Of a stretch of 64,000 nucleotides of DNA, positions 53,043 to 64,000 are shown in pieces. The notes beneath the pieces are model-generated. The model was not told the DNA's origin. It was given only the letters and a program-made list of their open reading frames with translations, and made no database searches. Within the stretch, counting starts at the first letter, position 1. Every line of letters begins with the position of its first letter. Source of the stretch: Rhynchobatus australiae (taxonomy: Eukaryota); NCBI GenBank assembly GCA_034780895.1, contig JAUZTB010000127.1, positions 19,114,769 through 19,178,768 on the forward strand. The letters run 5' to 3'. A program made the translations under genes and the position numbers.

Positions 53043-53375
53043 GGTGGCACAGTGGCACAGCTAATAGAGTTGCTGCCTCACTGTGCCAGTAGTCTAGATT
53101 CAATCCTGACTTCTGGTGCTGTTTGTGTGGAATTGGCACGTTCTCCATTGGCTGTGCACATTTTTCCCCAGGTCCTTCAGTTTCGTCCCCCATCCCAAAA
53201 ACCTGGATGATAGGTTAAGCCATTCTAAATTGCTTGATTGTCATGGGTAAATGGAAGAGTGTAAGGGAAATTGATGAGAATGTGGGGAGAACAGACTACA
53301 GAAAATTAGTGGGGAAGTGGGATTGCTCTGAGAACTGACATGGACTTAATGGGCTGAAAGGCCTTCTATGCCATA
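53043..53375 (+). mobile_element. HE1-like tRNA SINE
   Basis: Head ggtggcacagtggcacagctaatagagttgctgcctcac...gattcaatcctgacttctggtgctgtttgtgtgga and CR1-like tail atgggctgaaaggcct. Confidence 0.82.
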
Positions 53376-53563
53376 GAAAATATGGAACTTGTCATTTTGG
53401 TAACCATTATGCCCACGCACAAGAGTAAAAATATAAAATAGTTGCTGTTCCCAAACCTTGTAGTGATACAAAGTTTGAGAGTACTTTTTGTTCTTTAGTT
53501 ATCAGATGTGGAGCTGACTGATTCTCTAATATTCACACCCTGCTTTGTGTGCTTCTTTTCCAG

Positions 53564-54071
53564 GATGTGTTTCTTTCTCATAAGCCAAAGGAGAAAAATC
53601 GGATTGATAGCAACAATGAAAATTCTGTCCCAAAAGACTTTGAAAATATTGATAACAGTAATTTTGGATCAAGAACACAAAGGCAAAAGCTGCAGTCAGA
53701 AGTGAAAAGTAAAGCTGCAGTTGTGCAGAAGGCCAAATATGAGCAGCTGGGTAAAGCCAAGGACCATTCACTGTTGGCTAAGAACACCAATGAAGTCCTA
53801 CCCCAGGGAAACTATAAGGCTAAAAATGCCAGCAATCCCCAACTAAACTACAAGACCGTGAGCCACTATAAAGGGGAGGTGATTGGAAAAAGCTCTCAAG
53901 AACTCCACTACGAACGGGCTCCTAGATGTGAGATAACAGGCAAGGAAGCATTGTCAGCCCTCTCTAGGGCTAAAAGCAAACATTGCCGCCAAGAAATTGC
54001 TGAGCTCTATTGCCTTCATAAAGATGGAAAGTTAATGCCGGAAAAGGTACCACGCTTGTGTCCATTGGAGG
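53564..54071 (+). CDS. XYLT1: Xylosyltransferase I internal coding exon (stem region to start of catalytic part; equivalent to human exon 3), 508 bp, phase 0 start / phase 1 end
   Basis: Translation [34 protein letters not shown]...[51 protein letters not shown](G) matches the recalled vertebrate XYLT1 sequence. The [19 protein letters not shown] stem is XYLT1-type rather than XYLT2. Acceptor gcttcttttccag ends at 53563, with branch-like ctctaat at 53524-53530; donor GTAAGG at 54072. Confidence 0.95.
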
Positions 54072-56589
54072 GTAAGGATAATCAATTGAAATCTGACTTG
54101 TTTTAATGATGGAATGGTAAGAGGTATTTGTCTTTGCCTGTCTCAGTATTTCATTCTAATTTTGACACATTTCCACTGTGGTTCAGATATCATACTGCAC
54201 AATTCTAATCACTTTTAAGATATTAAGAGAAGAAAGCTAGTCATTTTCAATCTGTTTTTTTAAAAAAAAAGCTTCAGGAGCTTTTTACTTCAGGAAAAGG
54301 AGGAAGGAATGTGGATCTAATCTGCACTTGAGATGATGGATGTCTTGGATCACAGCTTCCAGTTGAATCTGGGAAGCCATAACATTTGTACCTTTATGGT
54401 ATTAAAGACATTATGCAGTTGTATTTTTGTAGCTTAATAAAACGTTGTGCCTAATTGAACTGATTGACAGCCATTCACGGCTCAGCTCCATCCGGATGTC
54501 AGTCCATGCTTAGACAAGTGTGGAACATTCAACGTTACAAATCAAGAAAAGAGAAGGCCCCCAAATGTGCTCTGTTATTTAATAAGGTTATGGCTGATTT
54601 GATTGTAACTTCAATGTTTCCACCTTTCCCTGGTTATTAAGTTAAAAATATTCAAAGACTGATTCCATCATCCTTTGAAGAAGAGAGATGATTCATGAGC
54701 CTCAGAGAATAAATATAATATTTGTGGCCCCTAGTTCTAGATTTTCGTACAAGAGGAAACATCTACTCCTATGTCTGCCCTTTCAAGACCCCTTGGAATC
54801 TTGTAGGTTTCCATTCAGTCTTTCTCGTGCTTCTAAACTCCATTGGATAGCCTGCCAAACCTTTTCTCAAAAGGACTCAGACATCGCTTGCCTTCTGCTT
54901 TGCCACTGGACTCATTCATTCCACCTTGTGAGAAAAAGTAACTAGGTAATTTGAACTAATTTCCTTTATTTTATTATTTTTAATTATCTGTGGATAATTC
55001 AGTGCTTTATTTTTTGTTTTAATAATTTGATTTTTAAAATTGTTCAAAAATTTCCACAGGGCTATTAAATGTCTTTATCAGAAGCATTTAAAACAGTTCA
55101 AAAGCCTTTGACTGTGTTGAGCTATTAAAAGCTGACAGAATGTTCGAGGGGCAGAGGCTCAGTGGTATATTGCCTAAGATCTGCTGGCCTTTGGGAACCT
55201 GCTCTGCCTGATAGGTGCAGAGGGTCTTCAGATTGTGCTGTATTTTGCATCCAGGAAGGGTAATTGTGGGAGGTGGGCACCACCTACCCCTAGACTGAGG
55301 ATGAGGCTGAGTCCAGAACAAACTGACTCATTAATCCTTCTCTCTTGAACTGCAGTCATAGCTCCTGGGATATTATTAGACGTGTGGCAATTACTTCACT
55401 ATTGGCATTAAGCTCCAAAGCATGGTGGAACAAAAATAATTATTAATTCTACAAGTAAGCTTGGCCCCATTCATTTTAAGCACCGTTACCAGATAAGTTA
55501 AATAAGCAATTTGTTTGAGCAACAGAGCGGACAAGAGTGAGGTGATAAAAACCTGTGTACTGAATGAAGCACAGATTGTATGTGATATCACCTGGGAGTT
55601 CAGAAGAGGTCTCAGAATGGTATATGCAAAGAATTAATTTGCAATTTGCCCAGTTATTAATGCCTGCATTGACTATTTATTTCGAGCTGAGGTGGAAACC
55701 TTGAATAAGTAAAAGCAGCTGACGCTTCAGTCAACATCTGTCCCCTGATCCGGTTCAGCATAGGTCGAGGTGTTCGATCAAATTGGAATTTGTTACTGGC
55801 TGTCTCACCATTGTTAGCAGCACCTCTTTGATGAGAAAAACACTTTTCGTACTGTTCAAGTCAGCAGAAATAAAAAGCAGAACTGGCAATTAACCTTCTG
55901 AAAATAAATTCCAAATTCATTCTGTCATCAAAAAAAACTCAGAAGTGAGGCAGTAATCACCCACCAGCAAACTGAGATACCCAAAAATATAAAATAGTTC
56001 CTGCTCCGAGGCCCATTATGAACCACTCAGCACCTTCTCTGCTGGATCAGGAACCTCTGTGCGTATTCTCTGTAACAAACAATTCCTGATTTGAATATGA
56101 AGTCTGATTTTTTTAAAATTCTCATACCAAGACTCTGAAAGTGGTAAATTTCCAAAGGTTCAGGATTGATGCTGCTGGATAGATGTGTGGTGTTTCACAT
56201 TCCAGTATATTACTGCAGGTGGGATGCACTGTTGGATGTGCTGTCTGCCAGATGAGGCATTAAACTAAACCCACACTTCTCCCCCCACTACCAACTCTCC
56301 ATTCCCCACNNNNNNNNNNNNNNNNNNNNNNNNNNNNNNNNNNNNNNNNNNNNNNNNNNNNNNNNNNNNNNNNNNNNNNNNNNNNNNNNNNNNTTGTGGC
56401 ACAACGGATCAGTACTTTTTGATGTTGCATTTTAAAAATTTTTGGCCACAAGAAATTCACCTGATGGGAAGGAAAGCACATTCTAACACAGCAGCAAGAT
56501 CCTTTGTAAAATTATGAGGTCCAGTTTGTGATTGAAAGAGGTTTGGGGCAAGATAGAGACTAAAGATTAGTAGAGATCAGATGAGATGA

Positions 56590-56710
56590 GATATCTTTAT
56601 AGTCATATGTACGTCGAAACACAGAGTGAAATGCATCTTTTGCATAGTGTGTTCTGGGGGCAGCCCTCAAGTGTCACCACACTTCCGGCACCAACATAGC
56701 ATGCCCACAG
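56590..56710 (-). mobile_element. SINE 3' end (same family as 7370-7567)
   Basis: Reverse complement of the 7450-7565 tail. Confidence 0.75.
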
Positions 56711-57264
56711 ACCAGAGGTCAAGAGGGCTTTAGAGAAGGTGGTGACCAGCAAGACAACACTTTGACTATGCCTATGACCCCTGAATTCAAGATCATTTCT
56801 TGGGCACTGGGCCAATCTGATGCTATGGCTACACTACCTTTTTCCAGGGCAGAGGTTCAAAGGAGAAAAATGTTAAAGGTGTTAAAATAAAGCAATTGAT
56901 CACACAGAGGTTTTACATCCCACCTCCTGGGCTTATGGTAGTTTGGAGAACTTGGCAGGGAGTTTCTCTGGGTCTGTTTTTACCAGCAGGACAGAGTTTC
57001 TTGGTCAAACATTTTTTTCACTTTACTGATCTCTAAGAATTGTTTGGCTTTTGTTGCATAATTAACAAACAATGGTGCAAATAAAAGCTTCCCTCAGTTA
57101 AGTGTTGTAAGCTGTTAATGTGTGGACTGGTAGGGAGGGAGGGCAGCACATGTTTAATGCACACCCACCCTTCCCCACCCAATGTAAAATTCTGGTGTGC
57201 CTGAGGCCTTTACTCTGCGGGATTTTCCATTGTGGGGCTGGCTGAGGAACTTGTGTAAGTGTTG

Positions 57265-58818
57265 ACAAAAGCGACTACAGATGCTGGAATCTGGAGCAGC
57301 ACAAAACACTGGAGGATCTCAGCGAGTTAGGCAGCATCTGTGGAGGGAAATGGACAGTTGACGTTTCGGGTTGAGACCCTTCATCAGTCCAGAGGTGACT
57401 TGATAGAGGTGTACAGGATGATAAGAGGCATAGACCAAGTGGACAGTCAGAGACTTCTTTCCCAGTGTGACAATGGCTAACACGAGGGGACATAATTTTA
57501 AGGTGATTAGAGGAAGGTATAAGGGGGATGTCAGGGGTAAGTATTTTATACAGAGAGTGGTGGGTGCGTGGAACGCATTGCTGGCAGAGGTTGTGGGGCA
57601 GATACATTAGGGACATTTAAAAGACTTAGTTAGACACATAAATGATAGAGAAATAGGGCTATGTGGGAGGGAAGGGTTAGGTAGATTTTAGAGCAGGATA
57701 AAATGTCGGCACAACATCATGGGCCAAAGGGCCTGTACTGTGCTGTAGTGTTCAATGTTCTATGAGAGGTTTTGTAAACCAGGATTCATTCCCTGGAATG
57801 TAGGAGATTGAGGGATGACCTGAATGATGTATATAAGATCATGAGGGGCATAGACAGGGTGAAAGCACATTGTCTTCTTCCCAGGGAGGGGGAGCTAAAA
57901 ACAAGTGGGTGTAGGTTTAAGATCAGAGGCGAGAGATTTAAAAGGGACATCGGGGCAGCTTCTTCACACAAAGGGCGGTGCGTATTTGGAATGAGCTGCC
58001 AGAAACAGTGGTTGAGGCGGGCACATTAGCAACATTTAAAAGCCATCTAGATAAGTACATGGATAGGAGGGATTTCGAGGGCTATGGGCCAAACATGGGC
58101 AGATGGGACTAGCTTGCTGGGCAACATGGTCAGCATGAATGAGTTGGACCGAAGGGCCTGTTACCCTGCTGTATGACTCCATGACTATGGCTCTACCACG
58201 TGTCCTCTCTTTTGATCAACTCTTTGTATTCTTTCCTCAGATGGACGAATGGTATGTTGGATATTGCAGGCATGGTAGTGTAGCGGTTAGCGTAACGCTT
58301 TACAGTGCCAGTGACCCAGGTTCCATTCCCGCCACTGTCTGTAAGGAGTTTGTACGTTCTTCCCGTGTCTGCATGGGNNNNNNNNNNNNNNNNNNNNNNN
58401 NNNNNNNNNNNNNNNNNNNNNNNNNNNNNNNNNNNNNNNNNNNNNNNNNNNNNNNNNNNNNNNNNNNNNNNNNNNNNACAATGGCTAACACGAGGGGACA
58501 TAATTTTAAGGTGATTAGAGGAAGGTATAAGGGGGATGTCAGGGGTAAGTTTTTTTTACACAGAGAGTAGTGGGTGCGTGGAATGCACTGCTGGCTGAGG
58601 TTGTGGGGGCAGATACACTAGGGACATTTAAGAAACTCTTAGATAGACACATGAATGATAGAAAAATAGAGGGCTATGTGGGAGGGAAGGGTTAGATTGA
58701 TCTTAGAGCAGGATAAAATGTTGGCATAATGTTGTGGGCCAAAGGACCTGTACTGTGCTGCAGTGTTCTATGTTCCAGATGCTGCCTGACCCACTGAGCT
58801 CCTCCAGTGTTTTGTGTG
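57265..58818. mobile_element. Composite: Penelope-derived palindrome arms (57265-57393, 58776-58818) enclosing CR1 fragments (57394-57763, 57764-58187, 58478-58775) and a SINE head (58268-58377)
   Basis: The arms are inverted (aaaacactggagga.ctcag.g.gt.aggcagcatctg / cagatgctgcctgacccactgagctcctccagtgtttt). A 14-bp direct repeat ttgtgtaagtgttg lies at 57251-57264 and 58819-58832. CR1 peptides MRGIDRV...RGERFKRD and ANTRGHNFKVIRGRYKGDVRGKFF. Confidence 0.85.
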
Positions 58819-59745
58819 TTGTGTAAGTGTTGGATTGTGATCAGGGGATGGCAGATTGGGAGCAGTGGTGAGAGGCCCCAGTGGCAAGAAAGGATTGGAT
58901 CTTCAGTCAGGGTGAGCAGGACCTCGTGTTGTCAGAGTATTGGGAGTTGAGGTGCGGTGGGGGGGTGGGGGCGGTGGGTGGTGGTGTCGTGACTGGGTAC
59001 CTGTCTTCCATTACTGTAAACCTTAGCAAATCCATCACACTTGCTGCAGAACAATCTTTATACAATTATGTAAAACATAGAATGAGACCCACTCATTTCC
59101 TGTTGCTCCTAGTCTATCAACAAGTACTTGCATTCTGATTGGCTAAAGTTGTGGCAAAGCAGAAAAGAGCCTAGATGACACGCGCCTCTACATTATGCAT
59201 TACATAGTACGGACATTATATAGAACTCAGAATGCTCCAATTTACCATATGCAGATTTAATATGGCAGATTCATTGGCCTTTTAAAGGAAATCTGTTTTA
59301 AGTATGCAAAAGTTTGACAATAATGCTTTTAATAAATAATACTATTCATGCAACTGAATATTCACAGTACCAGTGTTTTTACTTTAGCAAGGATAGTTTT
59401 AGCACATGCAAAGCATGTCTTAAACCAGTTGCTAGTTTGCTAAAGCTCTGCATCAAGTCACAGATACCATTAAATCATGAAATTGTCATTTTACAAATGG
59501 AAACGCATTAGAGCATTTACATTTAAATAGGAAAAACGTGGAAAGAAATTAAACAAATGAAAAATACAAGAAAAAGCTTAAAAGGGGGCAATTACAACTT
59601 GGATTGAACATTCACAATGTATTATTGTTGCAGGTATATCTGGGTGTTTTACAATGATTTTGTATCCACTGGTAATATAGATATTAATTGAGCAAGATCT
59701 AATGATTTCTAGGTTTTAAGCTTATTTTCAATTTGATAACTTTTA

Positions 59746-59751
<6 letters not shown>

Positions 59752-59789
<38 letters not shown>

Positions 59790-59832
59790 TATATACATAC
59801 ATACATACATACATACATATATGTGTATGTGT
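59752..59832. repeat. Compound (TA)n(TACA)n microsatellite
   Basis: Directly visible. Confidence 0.95.
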
Positions 59833-60714
59833 CAAGGTATTGTTTAATCTCTTATGGAGCCATTCACATATGACGTTTAAGCAATAAACTTTGTTGAAAT
59901 CATGAATTAAATTAGGATTTGTGATACAATCTTAAGAATGGAAATGTTGGTTTGGGGAAGGTAATTTTAGTGCTGATCAGGTAATTGAAGTTTAGTCTAG
60001 CTGTCAGTCATTGTCACCTAAGCCTGTGGTTAACAAAACAGACTCAGTAGCACATGAAATCTTAGTTATCCAGCCCAGTATGTGAATTTATTGCAGATAA
60101 AGTTTGCTTATTGTGTGGTAGTGAGGCCTCCCCATGCTGTTTGATTGATATAAATGTATTACTTAAGGGGCTTATTAAACATCTCTACTATAATGAATAA
60201 GGCTTTAATATTTTTTCTGCTGAATGCTAGGTTGTATATTGTAAACCTCTGCACTTTTTAAAAGTCAACCAAATGTTAGATTATGTTTTGCACACCTGCA
60301 GATTTAGGAGGGGATTCTGACCCTTTACTACTTCTGGCACCTCTTTGCTCTTTTACCATATTAAAACATTTGATGCTGAAAATCTTGATTGGAATAAATC
60401 ATCTGTTATGTATATCAGATATTCCGTACACTATCAGTGTTTAGACACAACTGAATTCATTTTTATGTATAATGCAAATACAAAATTTTGTTATATGAAT
60501 AAATAGAATTTGGGAATGTGAGATTAAATTTAAAAATGAAAGATATAAAAATGTCTCTGTCAGGGTTCTGATCTTCAGTAATCTCCCTTGCTGTGGGGGA
60601 AAGAAATAATTAATTGCAGATATCTACACTGGCTGTGACCCCTCTTACCTGCATCAACTGCCCCTTCCATCTCCCCTACAAGTAGTTGGACTCAGGTTGG
60701 GTTTGGAATGGCCA

Positions 60715-61065
60715 GTTTCAGGTTTCAGCAGCTCCAGGGACCCAGGTTCGATCCTGACCTCAGGTGTTGTCTGTATAGAGTTTGCATGTTCTCCCCATGA
60801 CGCTTTGGGTTTTGGCAGTGCGCTCACATTTCATCCCTCATCCCAACTTCATCTGATGTCTGATTTGCTTTTAAAAGGTTAACTGGCTCTTGTCTACCCC
60901 TTAGTCTATTTTAGTGGCAGAAGAATCAAAATGGAGTTGATCTGTATGAGACTAGGTGGGGTGGGGGGGGTGTGGGGTTGGTGGTGGGGTAGGGAATAAT
61001 GGGATTGTTCTGTGGGGAGCCAGCATGGATCCAATATACCAAATACCTCCTCCTGTATTGTAGTA
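60715..61065 (+). mobile_element. HE1-like tRNA SINE
   Basis: cagctccagggacccaggttcgatcctgacctcaggtgttgtctgtatagagtttgcatgttctcccc head and core. Confidence 0.78.
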
Positions 61066-61551
61066 AGTGAGGTTAGTGTTTAATTTTCTACCTGAGCACA
61101 AAGGACATTGACTGAATAAACAGGAAGCCAGCACTATCTGGGAGCACTACAACCAGGCATTGAAGCCATGTGTGGGTGAGGGGACAGTAAACACTGAGTT
61201 TGGAAGCCTGATGTTGGATCTGTCCAAGAGAGAATTGGGGGATATTGAATAATTTGGCTTGTCCATGCTCTTTCATACCATGTTTTTGTATACAGTTGAA
61301 AGCTGCATACTGTATACACTAATCTAATACAGCCACCTAAGTCAGTAAGTTTTTGATTATGATATGACCTTATCACTGTTTAAGACATTGCTTCAGCCCT
61401 TAAGGTAGTGCATGTGTTGTTTAGGTTGAGCATAAAGCTAAAAGTCAGATANNNNNNNNNNNNNNNNNNNNNNNNNNNNNNNNNNNNNNNNNNNNNNNNN
61501 NNNNNNNNNNNNNNNNNNNNNNNNNNNNNNNNNNNNNNNNNNNNNNNNNNN

Positions 61552-61697
61552 TCGAAGAGTGGTCTATCCAGAATTCTATAGAGCTGCAACATTACTTCAT
61601 GGCTCTTGAACTCCGAACCCTGACTAACAAAGGCCAACACACCATGCACCTTCCTAGTGACCCTTTCAACCTGCATGACAACCTTGAGGGATCTCAA
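61552..61697 (-). mobile_element. CR1 LINE fragment abutting the gap upstream of the MTPAP exons
   Basis: Translation RSLKVVMQVERVTRKVHGVLAFVSQGSEFKSHEVMLQLYRILDRPL, paralogous to the CR1 at 34030-34170. Confidence 0.88.
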
Positions 61698-61877
61698 GAC
61701 AAAATCGGTGTGCCAGAGAACCTTTGTAACATGCTTAGTGCAAATGCTTTGAAATGTTATACAGCTTGTCTTTAGTAGGATAAGTTTTGCATGACTGTTT
61801 TAGTCATGATTGTTTACAAATGTGTATAATAAAACAACCCACAGTTTATTTCTTAATTTTTTCTTAATGTTCCGCAG

Positions 61878-62111
61878 GGTATTTATGCACTGGTGGAGTT
61901 CTCTGATAAAGAAAGTATAGAAGCAGTCCAAAACTCTTCCACTATCCCAAGCCTCCAGCATGAATGTGCTGTTCCGTTCAAATCCAGGTTTTTTGATTTG
62001 AGGAATAAACATGTTGGATCACTGACTTCTACACATCCTTCTGTGCCACAGCTTAAACAATCTGTCATCCCTCCTAATAAACTCTTAGTGAAACTTTCTG
62101 GAGCCAAGAGT
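61878..62111 (+). CDS. MTPAP: Mitochondrial poly(A) polymerase internal exon (RL domain; equivalent to human exon 3), 234 bp, phase 0/0
   Basis: Translation GIYALVEFSDKESIEAVQNSSTIPSLQHECAVPFKSRFFDLRNK...LLVKLSGAKS resembles MTPAP (GLYAVVEF..KESI...AIPFRSRFF). Acceptor ttccgcag ends at 61877; donor GTAAGT at 62112. Splices in frame to the next exon. Confidence 0.92.
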
Positions 62112-62134
62112 GTAAGTTATTAAATTGATTTAAT

Positions 62135-62385
62135 GTTGTCATGTGTATTGAGATAGAATGAAAAACTTCTGTTTTGCATGCCGTCTATACAGATCATTTC
62201 ATTACACAGTGCATTGAGATAGTACAAGGGAAAAGCAATGACAGAACTTTAAAAAAAAATGTTACAGTTCCAGAGAAAGTGCATTGCAGGCAGACAATAA
62301 GGTGCTAGGTCATAATGAAATGGATTGTGAGGTTAAGTGTCCATCTTATCTTACTAGGGGACTGTTCAATAGTCTTATAACAGTG
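62135..62385 (-). mobile_element. Rex1/Babar-like LINE tail in the MTPAP intron
   Basis: Homologous to 1147-1390 and 42580-42840. Confidence 0.8.
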
Positions 62386-62832
62386 TGAAGTTTGTTTCGT
62401 TTATGTTGCAATGGCAGTAAAACTTATATATTTTCAGAAAAGTAAATTCACATGCTCAATAATATGATGGAATTGGATATTGTGGCTGTTTGCATTGATC
62501 TGAGTGATTAATTCTGAACTTGTTTAGAAACCCTGAATAATGTTTTTTAATTTGTTTTACTTTTAAACCTCAATTAAGTCGGTATGGCTTCGATTAGTAA
62601 TGATCGAAGTGTGAAGTTGATTTGGTATTATGATCCATGTATTGTAATAAAACTACCTGTGACAGAATTTGCCTTTCCAAACCTGGGTTGAAGTGTGCGT
62701 TTTGAATTTGTACACTTCAGTTACAGGAAATAAAACAAGATTTTACGAGCCATCTAAGTCTTTCAATTGGACATTTAAAAGGTGTTCTACCTGAGGGCTG
62801 TAGATTAACTGTTACTGTCTTTTCTCTCTCAG

Positions 62833-63057
62833 ATAGATGAACAATTATACACTGTCCTCAAAGAGAGTCAGCTGACTGAAGAGAATACACGTCTTCGTTT
62901 CCTTGTGTGCTCCCTACTAAAGGAAATTGCGGCAGCTTACTTTCCAGAATGTTCAATTAAACCATTTGGGTCATCTGTAAATAATTTTGGCAAGATGGGC
63001 TGTGACCTAGATATGTTTCTGGATCTGGACAGCATTAGTGGAAGAAACAACACTAAG
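62833..63057 (+). CDS. MTPAP: Mitochondrial poly(A) polymerase internal exon carrying the nucleotidyltransferase signature (equivalent to human exon 4), 225 bp, phase 0/0
   Basis: Translation IDEQLYTVLKESQLTEENTRLRFLVCSLLKEIAAAYFPECSIKPFGSSVNNFGKMGCDLDMFLDLDSISGRNNTK, with an intact FGSS...DLD pol-beta-family motif. Acceptor tttctctctcag ends at 62832; donor GTAAAA at 63058. Confidence 0.95.
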
Positions 63058-64000
63058 GTAAAAAGTACTGTAATTCAGCAGAGGAATTTCAGTTTTCATG
63101 CTTGTCAATTGAATTATTGCATAAAATTATTCTATTTACTTATCTACTTGATTCACAATATAGTTTATAACAATCACATGAATACACTTTTTCTTCTGAG
63201 ATTTAATTGCCTACAAATCTAATCCAGTGTGTAGATAAAAATAAAGGAGCAGAGATGCTCTATGAGACTGAAAGGAAGTTAGATGCACATTGCCATTGGA
63301 CTGCTTGAAAATTGGACATATCACTGCCATTAGATTGCCAAGCAAATTTAATAGAGACCTAGTGATAGGCACAGAATGAGATATATATACATCAAATAAC
63401 TACTGACTGACACCACTGACAGACATGTCCAAGAGCATGAGTCCATAATGAATAAAAGACCATTGCACAACTCAGTTGTCATCTGATCAAAAGTCAGGAT
63501 CAGAATAAATGGGTTAATTTTGATGCTAAACCAGCTCTCCTATTTATCAGAACGCTTGCCTTGGTTTCAAGTAGTCAGCATCTTTATTTGGTAAAAATAT
63601 CCAGGGAATAGAAAGTGTTTTGCTGTAAATGAAATACGGATGCTGTGGTTCTAGTCATCTGACGTCCTCCCTTCCCAGCATTCAATTTCACAAGATATTG
63701 GAAGAAGCTCAATAAGCTAACTCTTCTTCAGCATCAGTGACCATCTGAGAACTTCTATCCCTCAACCTTTACATAAACCATATGAAAAGCTGACAGAGTG
63801 GTAACAATTAAATGACCTGTAGTTTGTTTGTTTCCATTCACTACTTTCATGAGGCCTTTACCCACCCTGTGGTGGTAAAGTTCATTCACTGATATTCTAC
63901 TTTGGTACAGTGGGCTACTGGTTCACTCTGTTAGTTTTGGGCCGGTGATCCAGCCCAGGATTTAAAACATCCCTAGTCTACCTCTGTGGAAGGTTTGCCA

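Noticed and set aside
53043-53120. tRNA-like A/B-box sequences
   Set aside because: They are SINE heads followed by SINE core and tail, not tRNA genes.
53549-54106. 185-aa ORF as a stand-alone gene
   Set aside because: It is the XYLT1 exon read through its splice sites; the GTG start and the residues after PLEG are intronic.
60953-60993. G-quadruplex-like G-run clusters (also ~3006-3040, ~58952-58986)
   Set aside because: Low-complexity G tracts, partly inside repeats; no evidence of function.
54071-61878. XYLT1-MTPAP fusion protein
   Set aside because: Exon phases are incompatible (1 versus 0) and assembly gaps intervene.
1-64000. Prokaryotic systems (CRISPR arrays, operons, defence islands)
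   Set aside because: The sequence is vertebrate intron/exon DNA; no regularly spaced repeat-spacer array or gene-dense region is present.

Overview
Eukaryotic, AT-rich, CpG-depleted vertebrate DNA. The repeat content (CR1/HER1-like, Rex1/Babar-like, RTE and L2 LINEs, HE1-like tRNA SINEs, Deu-domain SINEs, Penelope-derived palindromes) points to a cartilaginous fish, probably a batoid (inference). It looks like a gappy short-read scaffold. Only three host coding exons are recognisable, all on +. One is a 508-bp xylosyltransferase I (XYLT1) exon at 53564-54071. The other two are consecutive mitochondrial poly(A) polymerase (MTPAP) exons at 61878-62111 and 62833-63057. The first ~53 kb is probably one long XYLT1 intron full of decayed transposons, including a minus-strand Gypsy gag-pol relic at ~49.8-52.4 kb. 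Almost all other ORFs in the track are TE fragments or noise. Points worth a second look: XYLT1 and MTPAP internal exons only 7.8 kb apart with neither gene's connecting exons visible (most likely a scaffolding misjoin); a minimal hammerhead-ribozyme core in a Penelope-derived element; a candidate heterozygous young insertion; a possible degenerate XYLT1 micro-exon; and a few hairpin and enhancer candidates. I found no convincing novel multi-gene system. TE boundaries are approximate, and homologies are from recalled family sequences, not database searches.
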